DNA of 64,000 bases from contig CAYFOE010000003.1 of assembly GCA_964344635.1 (NCBI GenBank), positions 24,389 through 88,388 of the forward strand. Direction: 5' to 3'. Below are positions 54,295 through 64,000 of this stretch, piece after piece (the stretch's first letter is position 1; every line of letters begins with the position of its first letter). The notes below the pieces were generated by a model. The model had not been told where the DNA came from. It was given only the letters and a program-made list of their open reading frames with translations, and searched no databases. Position numbers and translations under genes: made by a program. This stretch comes from Candidatus Woesearchaeota archaeon (GTDB lineage Archaea; Nanobdellota; Nanobdellia; SCGC-AAA011-G17; UBA489).

Positions 54295-56112
54295 GTGAGT
54301 ATATTTTATTTTTTTATTATGAGGGGTGTGGATAGGGAGAGAAGATTGCTCCACGAGCATGAAATCGTTTTATTTTCTTTTGCATTCGCGTTTTTTGTAA
54401 TCGGATTATTCATCTGGGGGTTTGATGTAGATGCTTTGGAGTATACCTTAGGTGGAGTTTCTGTAGTGGACGGCGGGTCCATTGACGTCTATGCAAACAA
54501 AGGTGTAGACAGAATAGTCGATTTGGTCATAAGCAATACTAAAGAAGATGAAGCAGTCGATTCTGCAGTAGTCCTCCTAGAAGTAGACCATGTTTGTGAA
54601 GTTTTTAGCGAAGATACAGAACTTGAAGATAACGGTTTAGATTGTGGATATGTTAGTTATGAATTAGTTGAAGGCTCAGTGATTTATCCTGAAGAGTCCA
54701 TAAAATTGAGAGTTAGTTTCTCTTCAAATCAAGACGTGAATATGAAAAGCGTTTTCAATTTGATTACAGATCAAGGAATCAGCACAATAACAATGAAGTT
54801 TAAGACAGTCGATGACTTAATCTCCGATGGAATCGTTAATGCTGAAGAACTAGACACAGGAAACCCCTTCATCGATGTTTTGGTGGATGTTTTTGGTCTA
54901 GAAGAAACAGATGGCAGTGTTGCTGACAAAACAGAAATCGTATATGTGGACGGCCAAACAAATCTAGGTTTGACAAAAAGACCACAAATGTTATTTGGTT
55001 CCTTAGATGTTTCGGAATTTGAACAAGAAACAAAAGTAGTCGAATTTGAAAATTTAGGCCCCGACGAAATATCTTTCTTAGGAGTCCAAGGAAAAATTCC
55101 AGGAATAATATTGGAAGGAGACTTTATGACCACCTCTGATGTAGGTGAAAGAAGGGCCTTAGACATTACCTGTTCTCCAATAGAAGTCGGAGAACTAGTT
55201 GGCGAAAAAATAACTGTTTTGACATCAAGAGGGAATGTAGAAATAGAGATTTATTGTAATGGAGTGGATGGAGTTAATGAAGTTGCAGACTTAATCGCAC
55301 CCCATGTAGAATTCATGGAGCCAGTAGAAGGAATTGCAAGTGGCAAAACCAAATTCAAGCTAGCAGCATACGACGACGGAACAATTTATGACGTGGCTGT
55401 TTTGAAAATTTATGTTAATTCCAAATTGGTGAAGAGATTTACCTCGCCCCAACTTGAAGGAAGCTCTATTTACGAATTTGATTACGATGTTAGCGATTTG
55501 AAAGGTATTCTGGATGTACATGCAGTGGCTGTAGATCATGCAGGAAATCAAGCTGTCTCAAAAAAGATTAAACTGTGGATAACTGAAAAGAAAGATGAAA
55601 TAGTTTCAGAAGAAGTTGAAGAATTACTAGAAGAAGAGGAAGAAGATCCAAAATTTATCTCATCAATGAAAATTAACTTTGGTTCAGGATACAAAGATGT
55701 AACCGAAGACGATATCAAACTTGGAGGCAAAGTAGATGTCAAGTTTGATTACTACCTTGCAGATTTCAATGATGTCAAGTTTGAATTTAAGTCAGTTAAT
55801 TTAGATAAGTTGAATCTCGCAAAAATCAGCAAAAAAAATGTTGCTAAAAAAGCATTGGAAGGAAATATAGAAATTATCAACATGCCTGACTACATTATTG
55901 AATATTTTGTTGAAGACTTGGAAGCAGAATCAATCATGATGCCAATGCCTGCCCCAGAAGGATACAGCCTAGGCGATGACTTAGAAATTATTTACTACAA
56001 GGAAACAGGAAACTCATTCAAAATAAAATCCAGAGAAATAGTTTCTGTGAATGACCAAGGTAACGGTTTATTATATGTTGAAGTTGAGGCAGATGCCCTA
56101 ATAGGAGGATAA
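54295..56112 (+). CDS. large acidic extracellular protein with N-terminal TM anchor
   Basis: FSFAFAFFVIGLFIWG, then about 550 aa of Asp/Glu/Val-rich, beta-like sequence. Confidence 0.4.
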   Translation: MSIFYFFIMRGVDRERRLLHEHEIVLFSFAFAFFVIGLFIWGFDVDALEYTLGGVSVVDGGSIDVYANKGVDRIVDLVISNTKEDEAVDSAVVLLEVDHVCEVFSEDTELEDNGLDCGYVSYELVEGSVIYPEESIKLRVSFSSNQDVNMKSVFNLITDQGISTITMKFKTVDDLISDGIVNAEELDTGNPFIDVLVDVFGLEETDGSVADKTEIVYVDGQTNLGLTKRPQMLFGSLDVSEFEQETKVVEFENLGPDEISFLGVQGKIPGIILEGDFMTTSDVGERRALDITCSPIEVGELVGEKITVLTSRGNVEIEIYCNGVDGVNEVADLIAPHVEFMEPVEGIASGKTKFKLAAYDDGTIYDVAVLKIYVNSKLVKRFTSPQLEGSSIYEFDYDVSDLKGILDVHAVAVDHAGNQAVSKKIKLWITEKKDEIVSEEVEELLEEEEEDPKFISSMKINFGSGYKDVTEDDIKLGGKVDVKFDYYLADFNDVKFEFKSVNLDKLNLAKISKKNVAKKALEGNIEIINMPDYIIEYFVEDLEAESIMMPMPAPEGYSLGDDLEIIYYKETGNSFKIKSREIVSVNDQGNGLLYVEVEADALIGG

Positions 56113-56116
56113 AGAT

Positions 56117-57295
56117 TTGAAAAAATTAATTTTAATCTTAATTACACTAACTCTAATGAGTACATTAGTTTTTGCAGGAGGACTTGGTCCACCCGGGGGA
56201 GGAGGCATTACGCCAGAACCTAAAGTTTTCTTAACCAATCCACCCGCAGACGTTACTGCAGTCTCAGCAAATAACATCTCCTTAAACCTAGTTACAGAAG
56301 GAGTCGATGGAGAAGACATTGAAGATGCAATCCTATTAAAAAAATACGGCAACGTCTACTATCCTGCAGCAAGACTAGAAATTAATTATAAAGCTGAATC
56401 CGAAGACCCCTCAAACGTATCCATCGCAGACTTTATTACTGACTTTGAAAAAGCTACAAACAGAATCGTAGCACACAGTGATGGAATGACAGGAGTTTCA
56501 ACAATAAAGAAATTATTTTTGTTAAAGAGCGAAGGAACCAATGCAATTGTGATCTGTAGTGGTGCAACTTCATTGGAACAAACTGGTTCGGGCTGTGGAT
56601 CAAACGAAGGCGTTGTCGAAGAAATAATTAGTTTAACAGGAGGATACACAGGAAGGTATTCAATTAGTGATTATACTTATAATAACAAAAACTTCTGGAT
56701 AATTTCTGGAATTACTGGGACAGGCGCACAATCCATCAGTCTTGATTTTGGCGGCGGAGACGATTTAAATTTTGTAAATGAAGATGATTTAATCAATCTT
56801 GACGAAGACCTTTCCAGGAAGTATAATTCCCGCGAGGGGCTGAGCTATTATGTTTTATTCAATGGAGAAAAATATATGTTTAGGGTCAACGCAGTAAGTG
56901 CAGGCAATGATTTCGCTTCGATTTACGTCGAATCTAAAGGAAAAACCTACATCCTAAGTCCCGAAGAAAGTTTAGATCTTGACTTAGATAATGACGGTTC
57001 ATTTGATGTAACCTACCTAATTGAAGAAATAAATTATCCAGACGTGTATTCCATGATCTCGCTCTATTCCTCCGATGGCAGGCTAAGCTTTATCCCTACA
57101 ATGGATGAAATCTCGAGGAGTGAAAGAGGAGTAAGAGGATTTTCTTCAAGAGAAGGCATTTGGAGCAGATTTGTGAAAAGTTCAGGAATTTCAGAAACAC
57201 AATTATTCTTAGCAATAGGAGTTATAGCAGTATTCCTAATTGCAATGGTGAGCTTTGGAAGAAATTTGATCATGAAAGTTTGGCGTGCAACTTAG
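56117..57295 (+). CDS. cell-surface protein with signal peptide and C-terminal TM anchor
   Basis: MKKLILILITLTLMSTLVFAGG ... C-terminal LFLAIGVIAVFLIAMVSFGRNL plus basic tail. Confidence 0.45.
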   Translation: MKKLILILITLTLMSTLVFAGGLGPPGGGGITPEPKVFLTNPPADVTAVSANNISLNLVTEGVDGEDIEDAILLKKYGNVYYPAARLEINYKAESEDPSNVSIADFITDFEKATNRIVAHSDGMTGVSTIKKLFLLKSEGTNAIVICSGATSLEQTGSGCGSNEGVVEEIISLTGGYTGRYSISDYTYNNKNFWIISGITGTGAQSISLDFGGGDDLNFVNEDDLINLDEDLSRKYNSREGLSYYVLFNGEKYMFRVNAVSAGNDFASIYVESKGKTYILSPEESLDLDLDNDGSFDVTYLIEEINYPDVYSMISLYSSDGRLSFIPTMDEISRSERGVRGFSSREGIWSRFVKSSGISETQLFLAIGVIAVFLIAMVSFGRNLIMKVWRAT

Positions 57296-57330
57296 TAAAT
57301 CTTATATATCTTTTTTGAAGGTTTTAATTT

Positions 57331-58386
57331 ATGTTTAAATTTTTCAAAGACAAAGTTAAAGGCGCTTTAGATAAAATCAACCAGAAAGTTGAAGAAGAAG
57401 TTCCTGAAGAAGAAACCACCCTAATCGAAGAAGTCGTTTCTGAGAGTCCGAAAGGCGAAGTAAAGACTAAACCAATTGAAGAAGAAGAAATTAAAGAAGT
57501 GAAGGCTAAAGGCTTAATCAACAAGATTAAACAAACCATCAAAACTAAAAAAATAAGTGAAAACAAATTTGATGAATTATTCTTCGATTTAGAGATCGCA
57601 TTACTTGAAAATAATGTCGCATTAGAAGTGGTAGATAAAATTAAATCCGACCTAAAAGAAGATTTGGTTGATAAGCCCATCGAGAGATCAGAAGTTTCTA
57701 AAGTTGTATTACAAAGACTGAGAAAGAGTATAGAAGAACTATTCGAAGTAGGTTCAGTTGACTTAATCAAAAAGGTTAAGGAAAAAAAAGGCGAACCTTT
57801 TGTTGTCTGCTTTTTAGGAGTTAATGGTGCAGGTAAAACAACAAGTATTGCGAAACTTGCAAATTACTTGGTTAAAAAAGACCTTAGTGTTTTGTTAGTT
57901 GCAGGAGATACCTGGAGGGCAGCAAGTATCCAACAATTAGAAGAACATGGAAACAAATTAGGACTGAGAGTCATAAAACATAATTACGGCAGCGATCCTG
58001 CAGCAGTTGCCTTTGATGGAATAAAAGCTGCAAAAGCAAACAATATCGATGTTGTTTTAATCGATACTGCAGGAAGACAACAAAGTAATAAGGATCTAAT
58101 GAGGGAATTAGAAAAGATTGTCAAAGTCGCCAATCCCGATTTAAACATTTTTGTTGGTGAAAGCATTACAGGAAATGATTGTGTTGTCCAAGCCAAAGAG
58201 TTTGGAGATTATGTAGAGATTGATGGAGTCGTTTTAACAAAAGCAGATGTAGACGAGAAAGGTGGCTCTGCAGTTTCTATCGGATATGTTACCGGTAAGC
58301 CAATTTTGTTCTTAGGAGTTGGACAAGAGTATGACGATTTTGAAGTATTTGATAAAAATAAAGTGATCGAAACTCTAGGAATCTGA
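57331..58386 (+). CDS. ftsY: signal recognition particle receptor FtsY
   Basis: FLGVNGAGKTTSIAKLANYL, DTAGRQQ, TKADVDEKGG (SRP GTPase G1-G4). Confidence 0.88.
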   Translation: MFKFFKDKVKGALDKINQKVEEEVPEEETTLIEEVVSESPKGEVKTKPIEEEEIKEVKAKGLINKIKQTIKTKKISENKFDELFFDLEIALLENNVALEVVDKIKSDLKEDLVDKPIERSEVSKVVLQRLRKSIEELFEVGSVDLIKKVKEKKGEPFVVCFLGVNGAGKTTSIAKLANYLVKKDLSVLLVAGDTWRAASIQQLEEHGNKLGLRVIKHNYGSDPAAVAFDGIKAAKANNIDVVLIDTAGRQQSNKDLMRELEKIVKVANPDLNIFVGESITGNDCVVQAKEFGDYVEIDGVVLTKADVDEKGGSAVSIGYVTGKPILFLGVGQEYDDFEVFDKNKVIETLGI

Positions 58387-58436
58387 TTTTATTCTTTTAA
58401 AAAGGTTTAAATATACACAATATCTTGGTTTTATAG

Positions 58437-59573
58437 ATGGTGGCAAAAAAGAAGGTTACTAAAAAAAGAGCTGTGACACATAAATGTCCTAGCTGTAAGA
58501 AAGTTATCAGCAAAGTTGCTAAATTCTGTAAAAATTGTGGCCACGATATTGTGCCTCATAAGAAAAAAGGAACACACAGGTGCCCTAGTTGTAAGGGCAT
58601 GATCGAAGGTCATTCAAGATATTGCAAACATTGTGGAGCAAATGTAGACACTTACGCACACCATTCCTTTGTGAGATTACTTCTATTTTTTATAGTATTT
58701 TTAATTGCAGCATTCGCATTACTGCTATTTTATTCTCCAGAATTTGTTAACTTTGGAGTTGTTTCTCAAGAAGTTGTTGAGGAACCAGTTGAACCTTTCT
58801 TAAAGATGGGCAGCGCAGTTTGTACATGGAAAGATGATTCTTTTACCCTGTGTGCAAATGTTAACTGGGATGGAAATGACGGAGATTATGTGCAATGTAG
58901 TTTTTCAGGAAACACAGATGGAAAAGTTTGGTCTTCAAGTCCGCTCACCTGTTGTGGAGATGTAGGGACTAACGAGGGAGTTAAATTAGTAAGGTCCTTC
59001 TTGTTTGATAAGGAAGGAAATACCTACAAGGATGAAGCCATGAGTGTTAATTGTCTAGGCAAAACCTCTGAAGAATCACTGATACCAGTCAAAGAAGAAG
59101 AAAGTTTGTTTATAGAAAAATCATTTTGGTTTACAGCTATGCCGGAGAGCTCATCGGCAAGCGGAGAAGACACAATTAGTTTTAATTTTGATAGGAATGT
59201 TAGGAATTGTGAACTCTCAGGAACATGGATTACTACCCGAAATGGAAAATATGATGCAGAATGTATTGGTGCCACAGGCAGTTTCAATGCACAGGCAGAT
59301 TTGTTTGCACAAACAGTTTTAGATAATCCTGGTGCGTTCAGATGGTCTGGTGGAAGAAGTGATGTGCTGGATCCAGTCGCACAAGCTTATTCAGGAGAAG
59401 TGTTACACACAAATCTTTGCGACACAAATTATAATGTTCAATCCAAAAACATGGTTACTGCAAAACTTAGCGGATTTGAAACAAAAACACTAACTTATGA
59501 ATGGGAGTATGTAAGCGATTATCCAAGACCTCATTTAGACGTTTTTGTAGACATGTCTTGTGAAGTTTATTGA
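58437..59573 (+). CDS. membrane protein with N-terminal double zinc ribbon and extracellular Cys-rich domain
   Basis: HKCPSCKK...CKNCGH and HRCPSCKG...CKHCGA. Then TM LLLFFIVFLIAAFALLLF. Then a 9-Cys domain. Confidence 0.4.
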   Translation: MVAKKKVTKKRAVTHKCPSCKKVISKVAKFCKNCGHDIVPHKKKGTHRCPSCKGMIEGHSRYCKHCGANVDTYAHHSFVRLLLFFIVFLIAAFALLLFYSPEFVNFGVVSQEVVEEPVEPFLKMGSAVCTWKDDSFTLCANVNWDGNDGDYVQCSFSGNTDGKVWSSSPLTCCGDVGTNEGVKLVRSFLFDKEGNTYKDEAMSVNCLGKTSEESLIPVKEEESLFIEKSFWFTAMPESSSASGEDTISFNFDRNVRNCELSGTWITTRNGKYDAECIGATGSFNAQADLFAQTVLDNPGAFRWSGGRSDVLDPVAQAYSGEVLHTNLCDTNYNVQSKNMVTAKLSGFETKTLTYEWEYVSDYPRPHLDVFVDMSCEVY

Positions 59574-59630
59574 GTTTGGAAAGACTTATAAGTTTGTAGA
59601 AAAATAAAATTAGGAAGGTGAGGTGTTAAT

Positions 59631-60215
59631 ATGAGGAATCATACAATTTTTGCAATTACGTTTTTAGTATTTTCAATAGGAATCTTTGGTTATAGTAATG
59701 GTGCTGTAACCGGCCAAGCATTCACTGATAATTTTTATACAGGTCCTGTAACGACCTATGCGCATAGAGCAGCCCTTTCAGACGATCATGCTATCACGGG
59801 GAGCGGTCTGAGGGTAAGGAGCATGTTGGACGAAGAAAAAGTAAAACTAGATAAGTCCACAGTACAACTTTGTGTCGAGAGGGCACTGAAATTTTCAAAT
59901 AGGATATCCTATGATGGAGCAAGATACTATTTTAATTTTGTAGGCGTTTGTGATTCTATCGATCCAGAAGATCTAGACTTAGATAATGATGGCTGGATAA
60001 GCCGTAAAGATGTTAGTGTCGCAAATTCATTATTTAGCTTTAGTGGATTAAATCTGGCACAGAAAAATAAAATTAATAATTATATCCTTTGTGGAGAAAG
60101 CAATGCAGGAAAGACTCTATGGTTTTCTATGTATGGAGAGCATAGGACGTGTACCAATCTAAAACATGAAGATGGATTTGAATTTTTGAATTTTGATGTT
60201 TATGCTTATTATTAA
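59631..60215 (+). CDS. secreted protein with dockerin/EF-hand-like Ca-binding repeat
   Basis: Signal peptide FAITFLVFSIGIFGYS. DPEDLDLDNDGWISRKDVSVANSLF. Confidence 0.35.
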   Translation: MRNHTIFAITFLVFSIGIFGYSNGAVTGQAFTDNFYTGPVTTYAHRAALSDDHAITGSGLRVRSMLDEEKVKLDKSTVQLCVERALKFSNRISYDGARYYFNFVGVCDSIDPEDLDLDNDGWISRKDVSVANSLFSFSGLNLAQKNKINNYILCGESNAGKTLWFSMYGEHRTCTNLKHEDGFEFLNFDVYAYY

Positions 60216-60226
60216 GCAAATCCTGA

Positions 60227-60931
60227 ATGGAAAGGCTTATAATTAACTATCTATTGGTGGTAATTATGGCAAAAATGGATGAAACTACACAGAAGATAAT
60301 TTTATTTCTAGGCTTAGTTGTACTAGTTGGAGCGATTGTAGCGCTAACAATTAGTCTAGTAGGGAATGATGCTAACCAATTAGGCGATCTTGGAAAAGAT
60401 TTGGAAAATCTAGACGAAGACTTTGAAATCGACTTTGAAGAAGAAACTTTTGAACTAGATGAAGATCTATTGACTTTTTCAGACTCAGTCAAACCAGACC
60501 ACATCCAAAAAGGCAGTTTAAAGATTTATTTAAATGATGTTTACGCAAAAGACTCTGGTGACGGATGGGACCTGTATTTTGAAGTTGTAGGCGAAGATTT
60601 AATCATTGACGAAGAACAAAGTAAAGACCAAGGCAATTTTTATTTTAGGAGTCCATTCTCCTGGAACGCAGACCTATTAAGACATAGGAGCGAATTAGTT
60701 CCATTATTAACCTGCGATTACAACACTGAAGGAAGATTCTGGAATAGCACATACTGTATTTCCCTGGAAGAATTAGATGACAGTTATTTCGGACAGACTG
60801 TAAGATTGGTTTATACTGACCTAAGTGTTGCAGATGTTGAAGAATCATCACTCCTAGCACTGACAAGGGAAGACAGGACCTTTGTTTTTGAATTAAGTGT
60901 TCCTGCTGAATTTTATGAGAACAATGACTAA
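60227..60931 (+). CDS. membrane-anchored acidic protein
   Basis: TM KIILFLGLVVLVGAIVALTISLV, then an acidic domain. True start may be the internal ATG of MAKMDET. Confidence 0.35.
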   Translation: MERLIINYLLVVIMAKMDETTQKIILFLGLVVLVGAIVALTISLVGNDANQLGDLGKDLENLDEDFEIDFEEETFELDEDLLTFSDSVKPDHIQKGSLKIYLNDVYAKDSGDGWDLYFEVVGEDLIIDEEQSKDQGNFYFRSPFSWNADLLRHRSELVPLLTCDYNTEGRFWNSTYCISLEELDDSYFGQTVRLVYTDLSVADVEESSLLALTREDRTFVFELSVPAEFYENND

Positions 60932-60968
60932 GAGGCAATTTTATAAAGCTCTTTGAGGTATTTGAGTT

Positions 60969-62321
60969 ATGGTGCTTGACAACCTCGGCGGAGCATTGAA
61001 AGACGTTTTTAAGAAAATTACTGGCTCAGTTTATATTAGCGAACGCCTCATTGACGAAATTGTAAAAGAAATTCAACGAGCACTTCTAGGATCAGATGTT
61101 AATGTACAACTAGTTTTTGAATTAACTAACAGCATAAAAAAAAGAGCCCTTGATGAAAAAGCACCCACAGGAGTTACCCCAAAAGAACATGTTGTAAAAA
61201 TAGTCTACGAAGAATTAGTTAAATTCTTTGGAACAGAAAAAAAAGGAGTTATTCTTGATGAAAAAAAGAAACCGTTCTTTATCATGCTGGTTGGACTTTT
61301 TGGTGCAGGTAAAACTACCACCATCGGGAAGCTTGCAAAATATTATTCTAACCGAGGAAAAAAAGTTGCAGTTGTAGGTCTTGACGTACATAGGCCAGCA
61401 GCACATTTACAGTTGAAACAACTTGCAGAAAAGATGAAAATCGATTCTTACGGAGATGGAAAGCAAAAAGACCCAATAAAACTATGGAACTCTTTCAAGA
61501 AAGATTTAAACGATTATGACCTAGTCCTAGTAGATACCGCCGGAAGGGATGCATTAAGTGACGACCTGGTTGAAGAAATTTCCAAAGTTCACAAAATGAT
61601 CTCCCCAGATGAAATCTTATTAGTTCTAAGTGCAGATATGGGTCAAGCATCACAAAAACAAGCCGAAATGTTTCATGAATCTTGCGGTGTAACAGGGATA
61701 GTTGTGAGCAAGCTAGATGGAACTGCTAAAGGTGGAGGAAGCCTAAGTGCTTGTGCAGTTACAGGCGCACCAATCAAATTCATAGGGGTCGGTGAGAGAC
61801 CCGAAGACATCGAAGAATTTAATCCAGAAGGTTTTGTAGGAAGACTTCTAGGCCTAGGCGATTTGGAAGCATTGCTTGAAAAAGCAAAAGGAGCAATGGA
61901 CGAATCTCAAGCAGAAGAGATGAGCAAGAAGTTCTTGAAAGGAGAATTTAATCTGATAGACATGTACGACCAGATGAAAGCTATGAAAAAAATGGGCCCT
62001 CTAACCAAAGTTATGGAAATGATCCCTGGAATGAGCGGTGCAAACATTCCCAAAGGAGTTTTAGAAGGTCAACAAGACAAGATGGATTCTTGGAAAATCA
62101 TACTAGATAGTTGCACCAAAGAAGAATTAGAGAACCCCGAAATAATTGGAAGGAATAGAATAGAGAGAATTGCAAGAGGCAGTGGAAGAGATATTACAGA
62201 CATCAGGGAATTATTAAAACAATACAAACAAAGCAAAAAGATGATGAAAATGATGAAAGGCAAAAATCCAGAAAAGATGATGAAGAAGTTTGGCAAAGCC
62301 GGAATGAACCTCAAATTTTAA
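60969..62321 (+). CDS. srp54: signal recognition particle protein SRP54
   Basis: N-domain, G-domain GLFGAGKTTTIGKLA, DTAGR, SKLDGTAKGG. Met-rich M-domain KKMMKMMKG. Confidence 0.92.
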   Translation: MVLDNLGGALKDVFKKITGSVYISERLIDEIVKEIQRALLGSDVNVQLVFELTNSIKKRALDEKAPTGVTPKEHVVKIVYEELVKFFGTEKKGVILDEKKKPFFIMLVGLFGAGKTTTIGKLAKYYSNRGKKVAVVGLDVHRPAAHLQLKQLAEKMKIDSYGDGKQKDPIKLWNSFKKDLNDYDLVLVDTAGRDALSDDLVEEISKVHKMISPDEILLVLSADMGQASQKQAEMFHESCGVTGIVVSKLDGTAKGGGSLSACAVTGAPIKFIGVGERPEDIEEFNPEGFVGRLLGLGDLEALLEKAKGAMDESQAEEMSKKFLKGEFNLIDMYDQMKAMKKMGPLTKVMEMIPGMSGANIPKGVLEGQQDKMDSWKIILDSCTKEELENPEIIGRNRIERIARGSGRDITDIRELLKQYKQSKKMMKMMKGKNPEKMMKKFGKAGMNLKF

Positions 62322-62350
62322 TACCTATCCATCTTAATAATATTTATTAA

Positions 62351-62487
62351 TGAATCTTTTTTACTTTTTCTCAGAGGTGATCGTAGTGAGAATTCGATGT
62401 GAACTTTGCGAAAAAGAAGCAGCAGGTCTTGATGAATCTTCAGGTTTATTAGGCGATTATTACTGTGAAGAGTGCAGAAGCGAATGA
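62351..62487 (+). CDS. possible small zinc-ribbon protein (45 aa)
   Basis: MNLFYFFSEVIVVRIRCELCEK...YYCEECRSE. Overlaps the listed start of the kinase gene. Confidence 0.25.
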
Positions 62488-63124
62488 TAAAATTTTTAAG
62501 GAATTCAATGTCATTCAGTGTATGAAAGAAATAGGAAATGGAGCGGAAGCGAAAGTATTTCTCAAAGAAGGTTCTGTCTTAAAAAAGAGAATTTCTAAAT
62601 CCTACAGAGTTTCTAACCTAGACAAATTGTTGAGAATTAGAAGAACAAGGAGGGAGGCAAAGATTATCGAAAAATTAGACGGCATTTCCCCAAAATTAAT
62701 CGATGTCAATGAAAAAGAATGTGAGATAGAGATGGAGTTTTTGGACGGGCCCATGCTGAAAGACGTAGTTGACGATATGCCTGGCAAGGATGCTTTGAAA
62801 GTCTTTGAAAAGTTGGGCCAAATTGTAGCCAAAATGCATGATATCGGCGTGGCTCACGGAGATCTCACCACCTCGAACATGATCCACTTAGGTGACGAAG
62901 TTAAGCTAATTGACTTCGGACTATCTTTTGTTACAGACAAAGTCGAACATTTAGCAGTAGACATTCACTTGTTTAAACAAGCCCTCGAAAGCAAACACCA
63001 CACCCACTTTGAAAAATATCTTGATTCATTTTTAGAAGGATACAAAAATTGTTCCTTACATTCAACCGTTCTCGAAAGATTGGAAAAAGTTGAAAAGAGG
63101 GGACGATACAAACGAAAAGAATAG
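62465..63124 (+). CDS. bud32: Bud32/PRPK-type small atypical protein kinase (KEOPS subunit)
   Basis: GNGAEAKVF glycine loop, catalytic HGDLTTSNMI, LIDFGLS. About 200 aa. Real start possibly at MKEIGNGAEAK (62522). Confidence 0.65.
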   Translation: MKSAEANDKIFKEFNVIQCMKEIGNGAEAKVFLKEGSVLKKRISKSYRVSNLDKLLRIRRTRREAKIIEKLDGISPKLIDVNEKECEIEMEFLDGPMLKDVVDDMPGKDALKVFEKLGQIVAKMHDIGVAHGDLTTSNMIHLGDEVKLIDFGLSFVTDKVEHLAVDIHLFKQALESKHHTHFEKYLDSFLEGYKNCSLHSTVLERLEKVEKRGRYKRKE

Positions 63125-63163
63125 TAAGCTATATAAACCATTTTTTTGGCATAGAATAATTAT

Positions 63164-63236
63164 AGCCCTGTAGTGTAGTGGTCAAGCATAGGGGATTTTG
63201 GGTCCCTTGACCCAGGTTCAAATCCTGGCAGGGCTA
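63164..63236 (+). tRNA. tRNA-Gln (anticodon TTG); no encoded CCA
   Basis: Acceptor AGCCCTG/CAGGGCT; D arm GTGT-AGTGGTCAA-GCAT; anticodon arm GGGGA-TTTTGGG-TCCCT; T arm CCAGG-TTCAAAT-CCTGG; discriminator A. Confidence 0.85.
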
Positions 63237-63344
63237 TTTAATCAAAAGTCTTATAAATGGCTTAGAAGAGGAGTAAATAAGAAGGGTGGAATGGTGAAGG
63301 CTGTTTCATACTGGATATGATTCTAGTGACCCTTAACAAATAAA

Positions 63345-63800
63345 ATGGCAAGAAGATATTCAAAGAAAAAAGGAACCAGTGGGAGCACAAAACCGGTTAA
63401 CGTAGATAATTCAGGTTGGGTTAACAAAGATTCTAAAGCCATTAAAGAAGTTATTGTAGAATTAAGTAAAGCAGGAAAATCCAATAGCGAAATCGGACTT
63501 GTTCTGAGAGATTCTTATGCCGTTCCAGACGCAAAAATTGTTTTGGGAAAAAGTATTGGTAAAATTTTGGAAGAAGAAGGCATCAAGAAAGAAGTTCCTG
63601 AAGACCTGCTAGCTTTAATCAAGAGAGATATTGCCCTAAATAAACATTTTGAAGTTAACAAAAAAGACATGACAGCTAAAAGAGGCCAACAACTAACGAT
63701 TAGCAAGATCAACAAGCTAATCAGATACTATAAATCCACAGGAATTTTAGAGGCTTCTTGGAAATACGATAGAGCTAAAGCAGTTCAATGGATTATTTAG
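63345..63800 (+). CDS. rps15: ribosomal protein S15 (uS15, eukaryotic S13e type)
   Basis: MARRYSKKKGTSGSTKP N-terminus and about 150 aa length typical of archaeal S15. Confidence 0.88.
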   Translation: MARRYSKKKGTSGSTKPVNVDNSGWVNKDSKAIKEVIVELSKAGKSNSEIGLVLRDSYAVPDAKIVLGKSIGKILEEEGIKKEVPEDLLALIKRDIALNKHFEVNKKDMTAKRGQQLTISKINKLIRYYKSTGILEASWKYDRAKAVQWII

Positions 63801-63865
63801 TTGTTTAATATATTTCTTAGTTCAGATATCTACTTAAAACAAATTTCTTTAGATTGCACATGGGG

Positions 63866-64000
63866 GATGATTTTTTTAATTACTTGAATTCTAAAGTTGA
63901 AGACTTTATTAGCACAGTAAGGAGTTTGGACTGCCCAGTAAGAGTTATAGGGAATCTAGACACCGACGGAATAACCTCCACATCAATAATATGTAAAGCA
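63866..64000 (+). CDS. DHH-family phosphoesterase, RecJ-like/GAN, N-terminal fragment (continues beyond window)
   Basis: VIGNLDTDGITSTSII is DHH motif I-II context. The S15-recJ-like adjacency is common in archaea. Confidence 0.5.

Overview
Lineage: archaeal chromosomal segment, visibly AT-rich and tightly packed, with short overlaps at many gene junctions. Lineage markers are Orc1/Cdc6, both PolD subunits, RadA, a euryarchaeal-type RPA with a zinc ribbon, a membrane LonB, the rpl44e-rps27e-aIF2alpha-nop10 block, a GINS subunit, TruD, SRP54/FtsY, Bud32, aEF-1beta and S15. About half of the genes are orphan membrane or secreted proteins. I read this as a small-genome, possibly DPANN-like or symbiotic archaeon; that is inference.

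Main features:
1. Replication origin at about 6950-7290, directly upstream of a cdc6-polD1-polD2 operon. Two inverted ORB elements flank an AT-rich (TTTAT)n unwinding region.
2. Type IV pilus-like locus at about 22.9-38.2 kb. It has a FlaI/GspE-like ATPase with a long N-terminal extension and a FlaJ/TadC-like platform protein. It also has a 762-aa polytopic membrane protein whose cytoplasmic part carries a J-domain-like HPDK segment. A battery of ten or more small proteins with class-III (prepilin-like) N-termini follows, several sharing a K-K/R-G motif. An A24 prepilin peptidase lies 4 kb downstream at 42283-43161. A stand-alone voltage-sensor-like four-TM protein sits inside the locus.
3. 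Repeat-rich corner at 0.9-3.5 kb. Three adjacent minus-strand genes, two of them paralogous coiled-coil plus winged-helix proteins, carry TGTTGAY heptanucleotide tandem repeats in or next to their coding sequence (encoding QQSTVNN). A 650-bp non-coding island between them holds about five TCGACGC motifs, a duplicated TATA-containing 17-mer, and three AAAGTGAGAGT motifs spaced about 130 bp apart.
4. A minimal Fe-S operon: HTH/Cys-His regulator, IscS, IscU, and a DUF1858-IscA fusion.
5. Hef, encoded as two overlapping ORFs (helicase then nuclease).
6. Three tandem paralogous membrane-protein genes at 21.2-22.9 kb.
7. Two tRNAs: tRNA-Arg(GCG) on the minus strand and tRNA-Gln(TTG) on the plus strand.

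No CRISPR array, transposase or integrase was recognised. I found no tRNA-flanked repeat pair that would mark an integrated element.
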